Shown in pieces: positions 23,765-48,700 of a DNA stretch of 64,000 nt. Position 1 is the first letter of the stretch; each line of letters begins with the position of its first letter. This DNA is from Macrostomum lignano. Taxonomy: Eukaryota. The notes under the pieces are model-generated. The model did not search any database. It saw only the letters and a list, made by a program, of their open reading frames with translations, and was not told the DNA's origin. Location of the stretch: positions 237,414 to 301,413 of the forward strand of contig NIVC01001159.1 in assembly GCA_002269645.1 (NCBI GenBank), in the 5' to 3' direction. The translations under genes were made by a program, and so were the position numbers.

Positions 23765-23935
23765 ATGTCCGAATTCGACGCCCAGGTGCGCTCCTGGCTG
23801 CCCTTCATTGTCCTGACTGGGATCTGCGCCTACGCAGCCAGCCGTGTGTACAGGTGGTTCCGCCCGAAAGCAGTTCCAAAGCCTAATAAACAGTTCGATG
23901 AGTTTCCTAATGAAAAGCGAAGACGTGCTGATTGA
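23765..23935 (+). CDS. Candidate 56-aa single-pass membrane micropeptide
   Basis: MSEFDAQVRSWLPFIVLTGICAYAASRVYRWFRPKAVPKPNKQFDEFPNEKRRRAD*. GC-rich exon-like codon usage in an AT-rich surround; one hydrophobic helix followed by basic residues. Confidence 0.55.
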   Translation: MSEFDAQVRSWLPFIVLTGICAYAASRVYRWFRPKAVPKPNKQFDEFPNEKRRRAD

Positions 23936-25054
23936 AAATTGATATTTGCAATAACAAATATTTTGTCCATTTTGGTCAGTTTTATTTATCACCACAGGCA
24001 TATTGTTATTCTGGTTTGGGACTGATGATTTTATCCTGATATTTTAAACAGTTCAAAGAGTATTATATTACTGTCAGTAGACATGGTTATGCATTGGATA
24101 ACTGTCAAATCTTGTTGATTCCAGTCATTTTTACATTTGTCTCTGTACAATAAATTCTATCTATTTAGCTGCCTAACTTTAGCCCATTGTGCTTTTAATT
24201 CGTGAGCAATTGTCCTAAAATATTGCAGAGTTTGTTTTTAGCCTTGATATTTTTGTCGTAGATTTTTGGTTGCATGAAGTCTGCCATCTCAGCAGTGTCT
24301 TTAATATTATCACCTTGAAATGACCTCGGTGCTAAATGAAAATAAGATTTGAAATTTTTTTACATATAAAAACTAAGAAGTGCAAACTTGTATGTTTACT
24401 TTATGACTAAGCTTAACTAGATTTGCATTGTGGTATTATTGTTGCTACTTAATTAATGACCTTTAGTCACTAGGGAAAGCTTATAGTACTTACATTAATA
24501 GGGGTACCCTGCAACTAAACTATAGCCTATGACGTGCAGTAGAATGCATTGAACAGTGATAGAGTGCTGTGTAAAAATAAATAGTATCTACGAGTTAAAC
24601 TGCCTGCTAGTGGTCCTTTCAGGGCGTCCCTGTCTGCTAGTCGTACGAGCGTAGTTGCTCATCTTCTAGCAGTAGTAGGCCATCACGCAGCCTGTTGCAA
24701 CCGGGCTGAATTTCCTGTGTTTGAATTAAAGGAAAGAAAGTAAAAAAGAAGAGACAAATTTGGTGAACAGTAAAAGCAATGAAGAAAAGTTTGCATGCAT
24801 TACTTTTAGTAGTCTGGTTCGGGTATAACTTTTTGCAAGCCTAAGTCCTATGACAGTATAACAGCAACCGGCGGCTTTCTGAGCCAAATTGAGACATTAA
24901 AACTTGTGACCGCTACTGTCACAGCACACCACATTGACAGCGTCCCGGAAATACGTATGTAATGGCTATAATGATAATCATAATTCTAATGATAATCATA
25001 ATTGAATACACTTGCCCTAATGTCAGATGTGCAACCGACAGCTCAGCCTAAAGG

Positions 25055-25289
25055 CATCTGAAAACTGCGTACGGCTGTTCAGTCCAAGGACTGGGGGGGA
25101 GGGGGGTCGCCACACATCCTCATTTACCCCAGCTAATGCTGGCACCCATTTTACAGCTGGGTGAACTGAAGCAATGCAGAGTTAAGTGTCTTGCTCAAGG
25201 ATACATACTAATTGTTTTGAGTGGCTTGAGAATCGAACCCCCGACCTTTCAGTTGTGAGTCCGACGCTCTGACCAGAAGGCTACAACCC
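25055..25289 (-). mobile_element. tRNA-derived SINE, copy 1
   Basis: On the minus strand a tRNA-like head (TAGCCTTCTGGTCAGAGC ... GGTTCGATTC) precedes a core TCCTTGAGCAAGACACTTAACTCTGCATTGC..CACCCAGCTGTAAAATGGGTGCC. Near-identical to 55545-55797. Confidence 0.8.
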
Positions 25290-25547
25290 TTACCAACATG
25301 CTGTATAGGGGTTATAATTTATGATCTATCTATTTTTTTTCTAAAAGACCATTAAGAAGGCCTTGGTCAAGGCTCTGAAACAACAGTTTTATACATTAAA
25401 ATGTGAATGTACATGTACTCCAGGTGTAACACAGGTGCGTACGTGTAATAGAAACTAACAGATTCGTCTTACCTGCTCGTTAATACAATTAAGTATAGGT
25501 TTTTGTAATGCGACAGAACTCACCTACCCTGCATCATCAGCCTTCGG

Positions 25548-36041
<10,494 letters not shown>

Positions 36042-36371
36042 CTGCTCAGAACTTGCATTTGCCTTGTTGCATAATGGACTTGCTTGCAGTCATCAGTCAC
36101 GAGCTATTTATACAAATGCTACTCTTTGAGCATCTCGGGCGGAAATGCTTCACCTGATCGGCTGTCTATGGTAGGGAGAACTCGATGTTTGAGTCGCACA
36201 AGAGCTCACATAATCAAGCATCCTGCAATGAGAATATACTCAGCAACATTTAAAACCGCAACTCCAGACCCGGTGCGCCTTGTTGCAAAACCTTGCGGCA
36301 GTGCAGTGAGCTGAAGTCAGTAGCTTTGACAGTGGTCTGAGAGTGTGTACCGCATTATACCGCAACATGAA

Positions 36372-36690
36372 ACTCCGACACTGCCCGACACTCTCTGACA
36401 CTGCCTGACACTCTCTGACACTGCCTGACACTCTCTGACACTGTCCGACACTCTCTGACACTGCCTGACACTCTGACACTGCCCGACACTCTCTGACACT
36501 GCCTGACACTCTCTGACACTGCCTGACACTCTCTGACACTGCCTGACACTCTCTGACACTGCCTGACACTCTCTGACTTTGCCCAATACTCTCTGACACT
36601 GTTTGACACTCTCTGACACTGCCAATCACTCACTAATACTCTCTGACACTGCCAATCACTCACTAACACTCTCTGACACTGCCAATCTCA
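36372..36690 (+). repeat. 20-bp minisatellite (CTCTCTGACACTGCCTGACA)
   Basis: About 15 tandem units. Confidence 0.9.
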
Positions 36691-36696
36691 CTATGA

Positions 36697-37108
36697 CCTT
36701 CACAGGTCACGGTTGCTTTGCCAGGCAATAGCTGTTTCCTCCGAGGCGTCCGCTGGAGTGAACTCTGCCCCTTCTGCAACCTCGAGAACGAAGACGCCAA
36801 GCACTTTGTCTGCTACTGCCCGGCCTTCAACCGAGACCGGCTCAACCACCTCGGGCCCAACCCGTCCCTGGACGATGTCTGCCGGCCCGAGAACATCCCA
36901 CGGCTCATCCGGTTCCTCCGGGCTACCAAGCGAGCCTCCGTCTTCCCCACCACCGAAGACAACGCTGCAGACAGGACCGGGAGACCTCCCTGACCGGCCC
37001 CGCGCCCTAGCCTATGCGGGTCTTTCAGAGATTAGCGGAGTGGGCGACGCTCGCCTCCCCGCTGCGTCTTCGGACCGCCCTGCAGCTAAGTCAAGTAAGT
37101 CAAGTCGC
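36697..37108 (+). mobile_element. 5'-truncated non-LTR retrotransposon 3' end (R1/I-group-like)
   Basis: TGHGCFARQ followed, after a frameshift, by the CCHC knuckle CPFCNLENEDAKHFVCYCP (C-x2-C-x8-H-x4-C); short AAGTC/AAGT tail at ~37088-37108. Confidence 0.75.
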
Positions 37109-37693
37109 AAAAATGCTAACGAACGCTTGGATGAAGTTTGTGCCAGGATGGCCAACTAGAAATAGGAAATTGTTTCTACCAGCTAAGCTTCTGTGTTTTG
37201 CAGCACAAAGTAACAATTTTTTGGATGATGAGCTTTCATTAGCTATTAATCTAACTGAATTTTACTGCAGTCTCTCTAAAACGCATTGAATTCGCCTCAG
37301 AAAAGGTGCCAAGCATCGGGCAGGTCGCATCAAAGGGATTTGCGCGGAGCTAATTATCTTTTAATTCCTGAAAAAGCAAGATCCGGGCAGTGAGATTTCG
37401 GCTGATGCCTGCTTGCCCCAGTCAGGCTGCCTTCCGTCTGCCGGATTAAATGGGGCTGTGATCGATTCTTTTTGAAGCTGAAATTATTGAGTCAGGTGCT
37501 ATAGGATGGATTCAGACGTTGAAGGTAAAGTCTTAGGGGTTTGTCTCAAGAAGCCGTTAGTCTCTAGAGGATCAGTCTCTGGAGGATTAGTCTCCGAAAG
37601 ATTAGTCTCCAGAGGGTTAGTGTCAGGAGGGTTAGTCTCTGGAGGGTTAGTCTGCGGACAGGTTTTTGTGTGAATCAGCTGAAAACAACTGTC

Positions 37694-37875
<182 letters not shown>

Positions 37876-37949
37876 CGAGGGGTGATCAAAAAGTTCAGCA
37901 AGTGAACTCACAACTCAGTGTTACAGCAACCACGGCGTCTAATCAGTTG

Positions 37950-39016
37950 TCACATTCCCTCAAAGTACTTTCCACCACTATCTATGCACCATCGAAATGC
38001 GTATGCACCATGTCTGAAAGCAGTCATGGTACTCCGAAGTTGGTATACCCTGTAGAGCTGAATTTACCGCTTGGGCAAGGTCTTGTATGTGTGAAAACGG
38101 CCTCCCAGAAATGATGGATTCGAACCTCGGGAACAGCCAAAAGTCGCATGATGCTAGGTCTGGAGAGTAGGGTGGATGGGGGGGGCAGCAGCCGGACCCC
38201 CTGCTGCTCCAGGTACGCCATGGTTGAGGCCACTCTGTGCGGTGCCGCATTGTGGTGCAGCAGGAGTCGAGGTCCATGCCTGGTTCGCGCACGTTCCTGC
38301 CGCTCCTGCAGCACGCCTGGCAGAACAGTGTCTGTGTAGTACCTGGCAGTCACTGTGGCACCCGCTGGAAGGATGTTTACCGATACAACACCCTGAGAGT
38401 TGAAAAAAATGGTGAATATCCGCTTCCGACTGCGGAATCCGGTCTTCAGCACCTTGGGCCTCGGGCTCATCTTCTGCAGGCCAGACCATGTTGGACTGCT
38501 TATCCTTCATGGTAAAAGAAGGAGATCCAACATTTGTCTCCTGTGATGACATCCGACAGTCGTCGTGGGCCGTGGGGCTCAAACATTTGCACCCACAAGA
38601 GACAGATGCGCACCCTCTCTGCTTTCTGCTCCGGAGTGAAGAAGATGGGGTACCCACCGAGCGCAGGTCTTTGTGCGGCCCAGTCGCTCATGCATGATGT
38701 TATGAGCACTTCCACAGCTGACACCAAGCTCATAGGCAAGGAATCTTAGCGTAATGCTCCGATCCTCACGAATTATTGCATCGGCATGGGCCACGACATC
38801 TTCGGTCACGGATGTCCAGGGTCGGCCAGACCTCGGTTCATAGTTGAAGCTGTCCCAGCCTTCCAAGAAATGGCGCAGCCAGCGGGAAACCGTGTCAAAT
38901 GATGAAGCAGAGTCAGCTAAAACATTCACCGGATCGGTTTGAATCTCAGTCACTTTGCAACCAAGTTGCATGCACATAAAGATATAGAAGCGAACACTGT
39001 CTTTTGATGTTTCCAT
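37950..39016 (-). pseudogene. Frameshifted mariner-type transposase
   Basis: Fragments in successive frames: HTH region (TVSRW..F..G..S..YEPRSGRP), RWVPHL, ITGDKCW, LLLHHNAAPH (HDNA degenerate), HPPYSPDLASCDFWLFP, C-terminal CIDSGGKYFEGM*. At least three frameshifts. Confidence 0.93.
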
Positions 39017-39747
39017 CAGCTACTGAAAACACATGGAAAATATATGGCTGTGAAATTTGAGTGGAGCACATTAGGAAGCCAAAAATGCATATAAATATAG
39101 CAAACAGATATAGCCGCATAGGTGTAAGTTTTTGGCTTTTTTCCAATATACTAAAAATGAAAATCTTGCTTGTTTGTTTGTTTGTACGCAATCGATTAGA
39201 GAAAAAATGGCTGTACCGATTTTCTTGAGACTTGCACTGTTCGATCAGAAATTTTCCCGTGACGGTACATGCATCGTGGCTAAGAAATTGCTCGATGCTA
39301 AAGGCATTAAATATTCGAAAAACATGCTTTTTTGCAAAGTTCAAGCAAACTTTTCGACTTGAAATGCATTGTAAGAATGCTAGAGAAAAAACTGACTGGT
39401 TGATTCTGATTCTGAAATAGATTGCATCATAACTGAATTGTAACTCCGACTTGAATTGAAAATGCAGTGTGGAAGCGTAGCACCAGACTTGATTTAAATT
39501 GCGTAACCATATTGTTAACTGATACTGACTGACTGAGAAACTGATTATGTCATAACTGCTTCGTGTGATTTACTCTATGCTTGGAGTTTTGAAACTTATA
39601 ATTATATTATAGAAGTGCTAAAATTCATGTTATCAAAACGATGAGAGCTAGCCTAGAGGTAAACAGACTGACTGCTAAATGCAGAGACGATGGTTCGGAT
39701 TTTTAGAGAGTTTTTTTAATTAAAGTTTTTTAACGCCAAAAAAACTA

Positions 39748-42700
39748 AAAAATCATGGAAGCGTCATGTAAAAAATCATAAAAGCGTTATGTAAAAAATC
39801 ATAGAAGCGTCATGTAAAAAATCATAAAAGCGTTATGTAAAAATCATAGAAGCGTCATGTAAACAATCATAGAAGCGTCATGTAAAAATCATAGAAGCGT
39901 CATGTAAAAAATCATAGAAGCGTCATGTAAACAATCATAGAAGCGTCATGTAAACAATCATAGAAGCGTCATGTAAAAAATCATAAAAGCGTTATGTAAA
40001 AAATCATAGAAGCGTCATGTAAAAAATCTTAGAAGCGTCATGTAATCAATCATAGAAGTGTCATGTAAACAATCATAGAAGCGTCATGTAATCAATCATA
40101 AAAGCGTTATGTAAAAAATCATAGAAGCGTCATGTAAAAAATCTTAGAAGCGTCATGTAAAAATTATAGAAGCGTCATATAAACAATCATAGAAGCGTCA
40201 TGTAAACAATCATAGAAGCGTCATGTAAAAATTATAGAAGCGTCATATAAACAATCATAGAAGCGTCATGTAAACAATCATAGAAGCGTCATGTAAAAAT
40301 CATAGAAGCGTCCTGCAGAAATCGTAGAAGCGTCATGAAATAATCATAGAAGCGTCATGTAAAAAGCATAGAAGCGTCATGTAAAAAATCATAGAAGCGT
40401 CATATAAACAATCATAGAAGCGTCATGTAAAAAATCTTAGAAGCGTCATGTAAAAATTATAGAAGCGTCATATAAACAATCATAGAAGCGTCATGTAAAC
40501 AATCATAGAAGCGTCATGTAAACAATCATAGAAGCGTCATGTAAACAATCATAGAAGCGTCATGTAAAAATCATAGAAGCGTCCTGCAGAAATCGTAGAA
40601 GCGTCATGAAATAATCATAGAAGCGTCATGTAAAAAGCATAGAAGCGTCATGTAAAAAATCATAGAAGCGTCATATAAACAATCATAGAAGCGTCATGTA
40701 AACAATCATAGAAGCGTCATGTAAAAATCATAGAAGCGTCCTGCAGAAATCGTAGAAGCGTCATGAAATAATCATAGAAGCGTCATGTAAAAAGCATAGA
40801 AGCGTCATGTAAAAAATCATAGAAGCGTCATGTAAACAATCATAGAAGCGTCATGTAAAAAATCATAAAAGCGTTATGTAAAAAATCATAGAAGCGTCAT
40901 GTAAAAAATCTTAGAAGCGTCATGTAAAAATCATAGAAGCGTCATGTAAACAATCATAGAAGCGTCATGTAAAAATCATAAAGCGTCATGTAAAAATCAT
41001 AGAAGCGTCATGTAAAAAATCTAGAAGCGTCATGTAAAAATCATAGAAGCGTCATATAAACAATCATAGAAGCGTCATGTAAAAAATCTAGAAGCGTCAT
41101 GTAAAAATCATAGAAGCGTCATATAAACAATCATAGAAGCGTCATGTAAACAATCATAGAAGCGTCATGTAAAAATCATAGAAGCGTCATGCAGAAATCG
41201 TAGAAGCGTCATGAAAAATCATAGAAGCGTCATGTAAAAATCATAGAAGCGTCATGTAAAAATCATAGAAGCGTCATATAAACAATCATAGAAGCGTCAT
41301 GTAAAAATCATAGAAGCGTCATGTAAAAATCATAGAAGCGTCATATAAACAATCATAGAAGCGTCATGTAAACAATCATAGAAGCGTCATGTAAACAATC
41401 ATAGAAGCGTCATGTAAACAATCATAGAAGCGTCATGTAAAAATCATAGAAGCGTCATGCAGAAATCATAGAAGCGTCATGAAAAAATCATAGAAGCGTC
41501 ATGTAAAAATCATAGAAGCGTCATGTAAAAAATCATAGAAGCGTCATGTAAACAATCATAGAAGCGTCATGTAAACAATCATAGAAGCGTCATGTAAACA
41601 ATCATAGAAGCGTCATGTAAAAATATAAAGCGTCATGTAAAAATCATAGAAGCGTCATGTAAACAATCATAGAAGCGTCATGTAAAAAATCATAAAAGCG
41701 TCATGTAAAAAATCATAGAAGCGTCATGTAAACAATCATAGAAGCGTCATGTAAACAATCATAGAAGCATCATGTAAACCATCATGGAAACGTCGTGTAA
41801 ACAATCATAGAAGCGTCATGTAAAAATCAAAGAAGCGTCATGTAAAAAATCATAGAAGCATCACGTAAAAATCATAGAAGCGTCATGTAAACAATCATAG
41901 AAGCGTCATGTAAAAAATCATAGAAGCGTCATGTAAACATCATAGAAGCGTCATGTAAACAATCATAGAAGCGTCATGTAAAAAATCATAGAAGCGTCAT
42001 GTAAACAATCATAGAAGCGTCATGTAAAAATATAAGCGCATGTAAAAATCCATAGAAGCGTCATGTAAACAATCATAGAAGCGTCATGTAAAAAATCATA
42101 GAAGCGTCATGAAAAAATCATAGAAGCGTCATGTAAACAATCATAGAAGCGTCATGTAAAAATCATAGAAGCGTCCTGCAGAAATCGTAGAAGCGTCATG
42201 AAATAATCATAGAAGCGTCATGTAAAAAGCATAGAAGCGTCATGTAAAAAATCATAGAAGCGTCATATAAACAATCATAGAAGCGTCATGTAAAAAAGCT
42301 TAGAAGCGTCATGTAAAAATTATAGAAGCGTCATATAAACAATCATAGAAGCGTCATGTAAACAATCATAGAAGCGTCATGTAAAAATCATAGAAGCGTC
42401 CTGCAGAAATCGTAGAAGCGTCATGAAATAATCATAGAAGCGTCATGAAAAGCATAGAAGCGTCATGTAAAAAATCATAGAAGCGTCATATAAACAATCA
42501 TAGAAGCGTCATGTAAAAAATCTTAGAAGCGTCATGTAAACATCATAGAAGCGTCATGTAAACAATCATAGAAGCGTCATGTAAAAAATCATAGAAGCGT
42601 CATATAAACAATCATAGAAGCGTCATGTAAACAATCATAGAAGCGTCATGTAAACAATCATAGAAGCGTCATGTAAAAATATAAGCGTCATGTAAAAACC

Positions 42701-45700
42701 ATAGAAGCGTCATGTAAACAATCATAGAAGCGTCATGTAAACAATCATAGAAGCGTCATAAAAAAATCATAGAAGCGTCATGTAAACAATCATAGAAGCG
42801 TCATGTAAACAATCATAGAAGCGTCATGTAAAAATCATAGAAGCGTCCTGCAGAAATCGTAGAAGCGTCATATAAACAATCATAGAAGCGTCATGTAAAC
42901 AATCATAGAAGCGTCATGTAAACAATCATAGAAGCGTCATGTAAACAATCATAGAAGCGTCATGTAAAAAATCATAGAAGCGTCATGTAAACATCATAGA
43001 AGCGTCATGTAAACAATCATAGAAGCGTCATGTAAAAAATCATAGAAGCGTCATATAAACAATCATAGAAGCGTCCTGTAAACAATCATAGAAGCGTCAT
43101 GTAAACAATCATAGAAGCGTCATGTAAAAATATAAGTGTCATGTAAAAACCATAGAAGCGTCATGTAAACAATCATAGAAGCGTCATGTAAACAATCATA
43201 GAAGCGTCATAAAAAAATCATAGAAGCGTCATGTAAACAATCATAGAAGCGTCATGTAAACAATCATAGAAGCATCATGAAGCGTCATGTAAACAATCAT
43301 AGAAGCGTCATGTAAAAATCATAGAAGCGTCATGTAAAAAATCATAGAAGCGTCATGTAAACAATCATAGAAGCGTCATGTAAAAATCATAAGCGTCATG
43401 TAAAAACATAGAAGCGTCATGTAAAAATCATAAAGCGTCATGTAAAAAATCATAGAAGCGTCATGTAAAAAATCATAGAAGCGTCATGTAAACAATCATA
43501 GAAGCGTCATGTAAAAATATAAGCGTCATGTAAAAATCATAGAAGCGTCATGTAAAAATCATAGAAGCGTCATGTAAAAATCATAGAAGCGTCATGTAAA
43601 CAATCATAGAAGCGTCATGTAAAAATCATAGAGCGCATGTAAAAATCATAGTAGCGTCATTAAAAATCATAGAAGCGTCATGTAAAAATCATAGAAGCGT
43701 CATGTAAAAAGCATAGAAGCGTCATGTAAAAAATCATAGAAGCGTCATGTAAAAAATATAGAAGCGTCATGTAAAAACCATAGAAGCGTCATGTAAACAA
43801 TCATAGAAGCGTCATATAAACATCATAGAAGCGTCATGTAAACAATCATAGAAGCGTCATGTAAACAATCAAGAAGCGTCATGTAAAAATCATAGAAGCG
43901 TCATGTAAAAATCATAGAAGCGTCATGTAAACAATCATAGAAGCGTCATGTAAAATCATAGCGTCATGTAAAAAATCATAGAAGCGTCATGTAAACAATC
44001 ATAGAAGCGTCATGTAAAAATATAGAAGCGTCATGTAAAAACATAGAAGCGTCATGTAAACAATCAGAAGCGTCATGTAAAAAATCATAGAAGCGTCATG
44101 AAAAAATCATAGAAGCGTCATGTAAACAATCATAGAAGCGTCATGTAAAAATATAAGCGTCATGTAAAAATCATAGAAGCGTCATGTAAAAATCATAAAG
44201 CGTCATGTAAAAATCATAGAAGCGTCATGTAAAAAGCATAGAAGCGTCATGTAAAAAATCATAGAAGCGTCACGTAAAAATCATAGAAGCGTCATGTAAA
44301 AAATCAGAAGCGTCATATAAACATCATAGAAGCGTCATTTAAACAATCATAGAAGCGTCATGTAAAAAATCATAGAAGCGTCATATAAACATCATAGAAG
44401 CGTCATGTAAGCAATCAAAGAAGCGTCATGTAAACAATCATAGAAGCGTCATGTAAAAATATAAGCGTCATGTAAAAACCATAGAAGCGTCATGTAAACA
44501 ATCATAGAAGCGTCATGTAAAAAATCATAGAAGCGTCATGTCAAAAATCATAGAATCGTCATGTAAAAAATATAAGCGTCATGTAAAAACCATAGAAGCG
44601 TCATGTAAACAATCATAGAAGCGTCGTGTAAACAATCATAGAAGCGTCATGTAAAAATCATAGAAGCGTCATGTAAAAATCATAGAAGCGTCATGTAAAA
44701 AATCATAGAAGCGTCATGTAAAAATTATAGAATCGTCATATAAACATCATAGAAGCGTCATGTAAACAATCATAGAAGCGTCATGTCAACAATCATAGAA
44801 GCATCATATAAACATCATAGAAGCGTCATGTAAACAACCATAGAAGCGTCATGTAAAAATCAAAGAAGCGTCATGTAATAAATCATAGAAGCGTCATGTA
44901 AAAAATCATAGAAGCGTCATGTAAACAATCATAGAAGCGTCGTGTAAACAATCATAAAAAAGCGTTATGTAAAAAATAATAGAAGCGTCATGTAAACAAT
45001 CATAGAAGCGTCATGTAAAAATCGAAGAAGCGTCATATAAAAAGCATAGAAGCGTCATATAAACAATCATAGAAGCGTCATATAAAAAATCATAGAAGCG
45101 TCATGTAAACAATCATAGAAGCGTCATGTAAAAATCATAGAAGCGTCATGTAAAAAATCATAGAAGCGTCATGTAAAAAATCATAGAAGCGTCATGTAAA
45201 CAATCATAGAAGCGTCATGTAAAAAATCATAGAAGCGTTATGTAAAAAATCATAGAAGCGTCATGTAAAAAATCTTAGAAGCGTCATGTAAACAATCATA
45301 GAAGTGTCATGTAAACAATCATAGAAGCGTCATGTAAAAAATCATAAAAGCGTTATGTAAAAAATCATAGAAGCGTCATGTAAAAAATCGTAGAAGCGTC
45401 ATGTAAAAATTATAGAAGCGTCATATAAACAATCATAGAAGCGTCATGTAAACAATCATAGAAGCGTCATGTAAAAATCATAGAAGCGTCCTGCAGAAAT
45501 CGTAGAAGCGTCATGAAATAATCATAGAAGCGTCATGTAAAAAGCATAGAAGCGTCATGTAAACAATCATAGAAGCGTCATATAAACAATCATAGAAGCG
45601 TCATGTAAAAAAATCTTAGAAGCGTCATGTAAAAATTATAGAAGCGTCATATAAACAATCATAGAAGCGTCATGTAAACAATCATAGAAGCGTCATGTAA

Positions 45701-48700
45701 ACAATCATAGAAGCGTCATGTAAACAATCATAGAAGCGTCATGTAAAAATCATAAAAGCGTCCTGCAGAAATCGTAGAAGCGTCATGAAATAATCATAGA
45801 AGCGTCATGTAAAAAGCATAGAAGCGTCATGTAAAAAATCATAGAAGCGTCATGTAAACAATCATAGAAGCGTCATGTAAAAAATCATAAAAGCGTTATG
45901 TAAAAAATCATAGAAGCGTCATGTAAAAAATCTTAGAAGCGTCATGTAAACAATCATAGAAGCGTCATGTAAACAATCATAGAAGCGTCATGTAAAAAAT
46001 CATAAAAGCGTTATGTAAAAAATCATAGAAGCGTCATGTAAAAAATCTTAGAAGCGTCATGTAAAAATTATAGAAGCGTCATATAAACAGTCATAGAAGC
46101 GTCATGTAAAAAATCTTAGAAGCGTCATGTAAAAATTATAGAAGCGTCATATAAACAATCATAGAAGCGTCATGTAAACAATCATAGAAGCGTCATGTAA
46201 AAATCATAGAAGCGTCCTGCAGAAATCGTAGAAGCGTCATGAAATAATCATAGAAGCGTCACGTAAAAATCATAGAAGCGTCATGTAAAAAATCAGAAGC
46301 GTCATATAAACAATCATAGAAGCGTCATGTAAAAAATCTTAGAAGCGTCATGTAAAAATTATAGAAGCGTCATATAAACAATCATAGAAGCGTCATGTAA
46401 ACAATCATAGAAGCGTCATGTAAACAATCATAGAAGCGTCATGTAAACAATCATAGAAGCGTCATGTAAAAATCATAGAAGCGTCCTGCAGAAATCGTAG
46501 AAGCGTCATGAAATAATCATAGAAGCGTCATGTAAAAAGCATAGAAGCGTCATGTAAAAAATCATAGAAGCGTCATATAAACAATCATAGAAGCGTCATG
46601 TAAACAATCATAGAAGCGTCATGTAAACAATCATAGAAGCGTCATGTAAAAATATAAGCGTCATGTAAAAACCATAGAAGCGTCATGTAAACAATCATAG
46701 AAGCGTCATGTAAAAAATCATAGAAGCGTCATGAAAAAATCATAGAAGCGTCATGTAAACAATCATAGAAGCGTCATGTAAAAATCAAAGAAGCGTCATG
46801 TAAAAAATCATAGAAGCATCACGTAAAAATCATAGAAGCGTCATGTAAACAATCATAGAAGCGTCATGTAAAAAATCATATAGAAGCGTCATGTAAACAT
46901 CATAGAAGCGTCATGTAAACAATCATAGAAGCGTCATGTAAAAAATCATAGAAGCGTCATGTAAACAATCATAGAAGCGTCATGTAAAAATATAAGCGCC
47001 ATGTAAAAACCATAGAAGCGTCATGTAAACAATCATAGAAGCGTCATGTAAAAAATCATAGAAGCGTCATGAAAAAATCATAGAAGCGTCATGTAAACAA
47101 TCATAGAAGCGTCATGTAAAAATATAAGCGCCATGTAAAAATCATAGAAGCGTCATGTAAAAATCATAGTAGCGTCATGTAAAAAATCATAGAAGCGTCA
47201 TGTAAACAATCATAGAAGCGTCATGTAAAAATATAAGCGCCATGTAAAAATCATAGTAGCGTCATGTAAAAAATCATAGAAGCGTCATGTAAAAATCATA
47301 GAAGCGTCATCTAAAAAGCATAGAAGCGTCATGTAAAAAATCATAGAAGCGTCATGTAAAAAATATAAGCGTCATGTAAAAACCATAGAAGCGTCATGTA
47401 AACAATCATAGAAGCGTCGTGTAAACAATCATAGAAGCGTCATGTAAAAAATCATAGAAGCGTCATATAAACATCATAGAAGCGTCATGTAAACAATCAA
47501 AGAAGCGTCATGTAAACAATCATAGAAGCGTCATGTAAAAATATAAGCGTCATGTAAAAATATAAGCGTCATGTAAAACCATAGAAGCGTCATGTAAACA
47601 ATCATAGAAGCGTCATGTAAACAATCATAGAAGCGTCATGTAAAAATATAAGCGTCATGTAAAAACCATAGAAGCGTCATGTAAACAATCATAGAAGCGT
47701 CATGTAAAAAATCATAGAAGCGTCATGAAAAAATTATAGAAGCGTCATGTAAACAATCATAGAAGCGTCATGTAAAAATATAAGCGCCATGTAAAAATCA
47801 TAGTAGCGTCATGTAAAAAATCATAAAAGCGTCATGTAAAAATCATAGAAGCGTCATCTAAAAAGCATAGAAGCGTCATGTAAAAAATCATAGAAGCGTC
47901 ACGTAAAAATCATAGAAGCGTCATGTAAAAAATCAGAAGCGTCATATAAACATCATAGAAGCGTCATGTAAACAATCATAGAAGCGTCATGTAAAAAATC
48001 ATAGAAGCGTCATATAAACATCATAGAAGCATCATGTAAACAATCAAAGAAGCGTCATGTAAACAATCATAGAAGCGTCATGTAAAAATATAAGCGTCAT
48101 GTAAAAACCATAGAAGCGTCATGTAAACAATCATAGAAGCGTCATGTAAAAAATCATAGAAGCGTCATGAAAAAATCATAGAAGCGTCATGTAAACAATC
48201 ATAGAATCGTCATGTAAAAAATATAAGCGTCATGTAAAAACCATAGAAGCGTCATGTAAACAATCATAGAAGCGTCGTGTAAACAATCATAGAAGCGTCA
48301 TGTAAAAATCATAGAAGCGTCATGTAAAAATCAAAGAAGCGTCATGTAAAAAATCATAGAAGCGTCATGTAAACAATCATAGAAGCGTCATGTAAACAAT
48401 CATAGAAGCATCATATAAACATCATAGAAGCGTCATGTAAACAACCATAGAAGCGTCATGTAAAAATCAAAGAAGCGTCATGTAAAAAATCATAGAAGCG
48501 TCATGTAAACAATCATAGAAGCGTCGTGTAAACAATCATAAAAAAGCGTTATGTAAAAAATCATAGAAGCGTCATGTAAACAATCATAGAAGCGTCATGT
48601 AAAAATCGAAGAAGCGTCATATAAAAAGCATAGAAACGTCATATAAACAATCATAGAAGCGTCATATAAAAAATCATAGAAGCGTCATGTAAAAATCATA

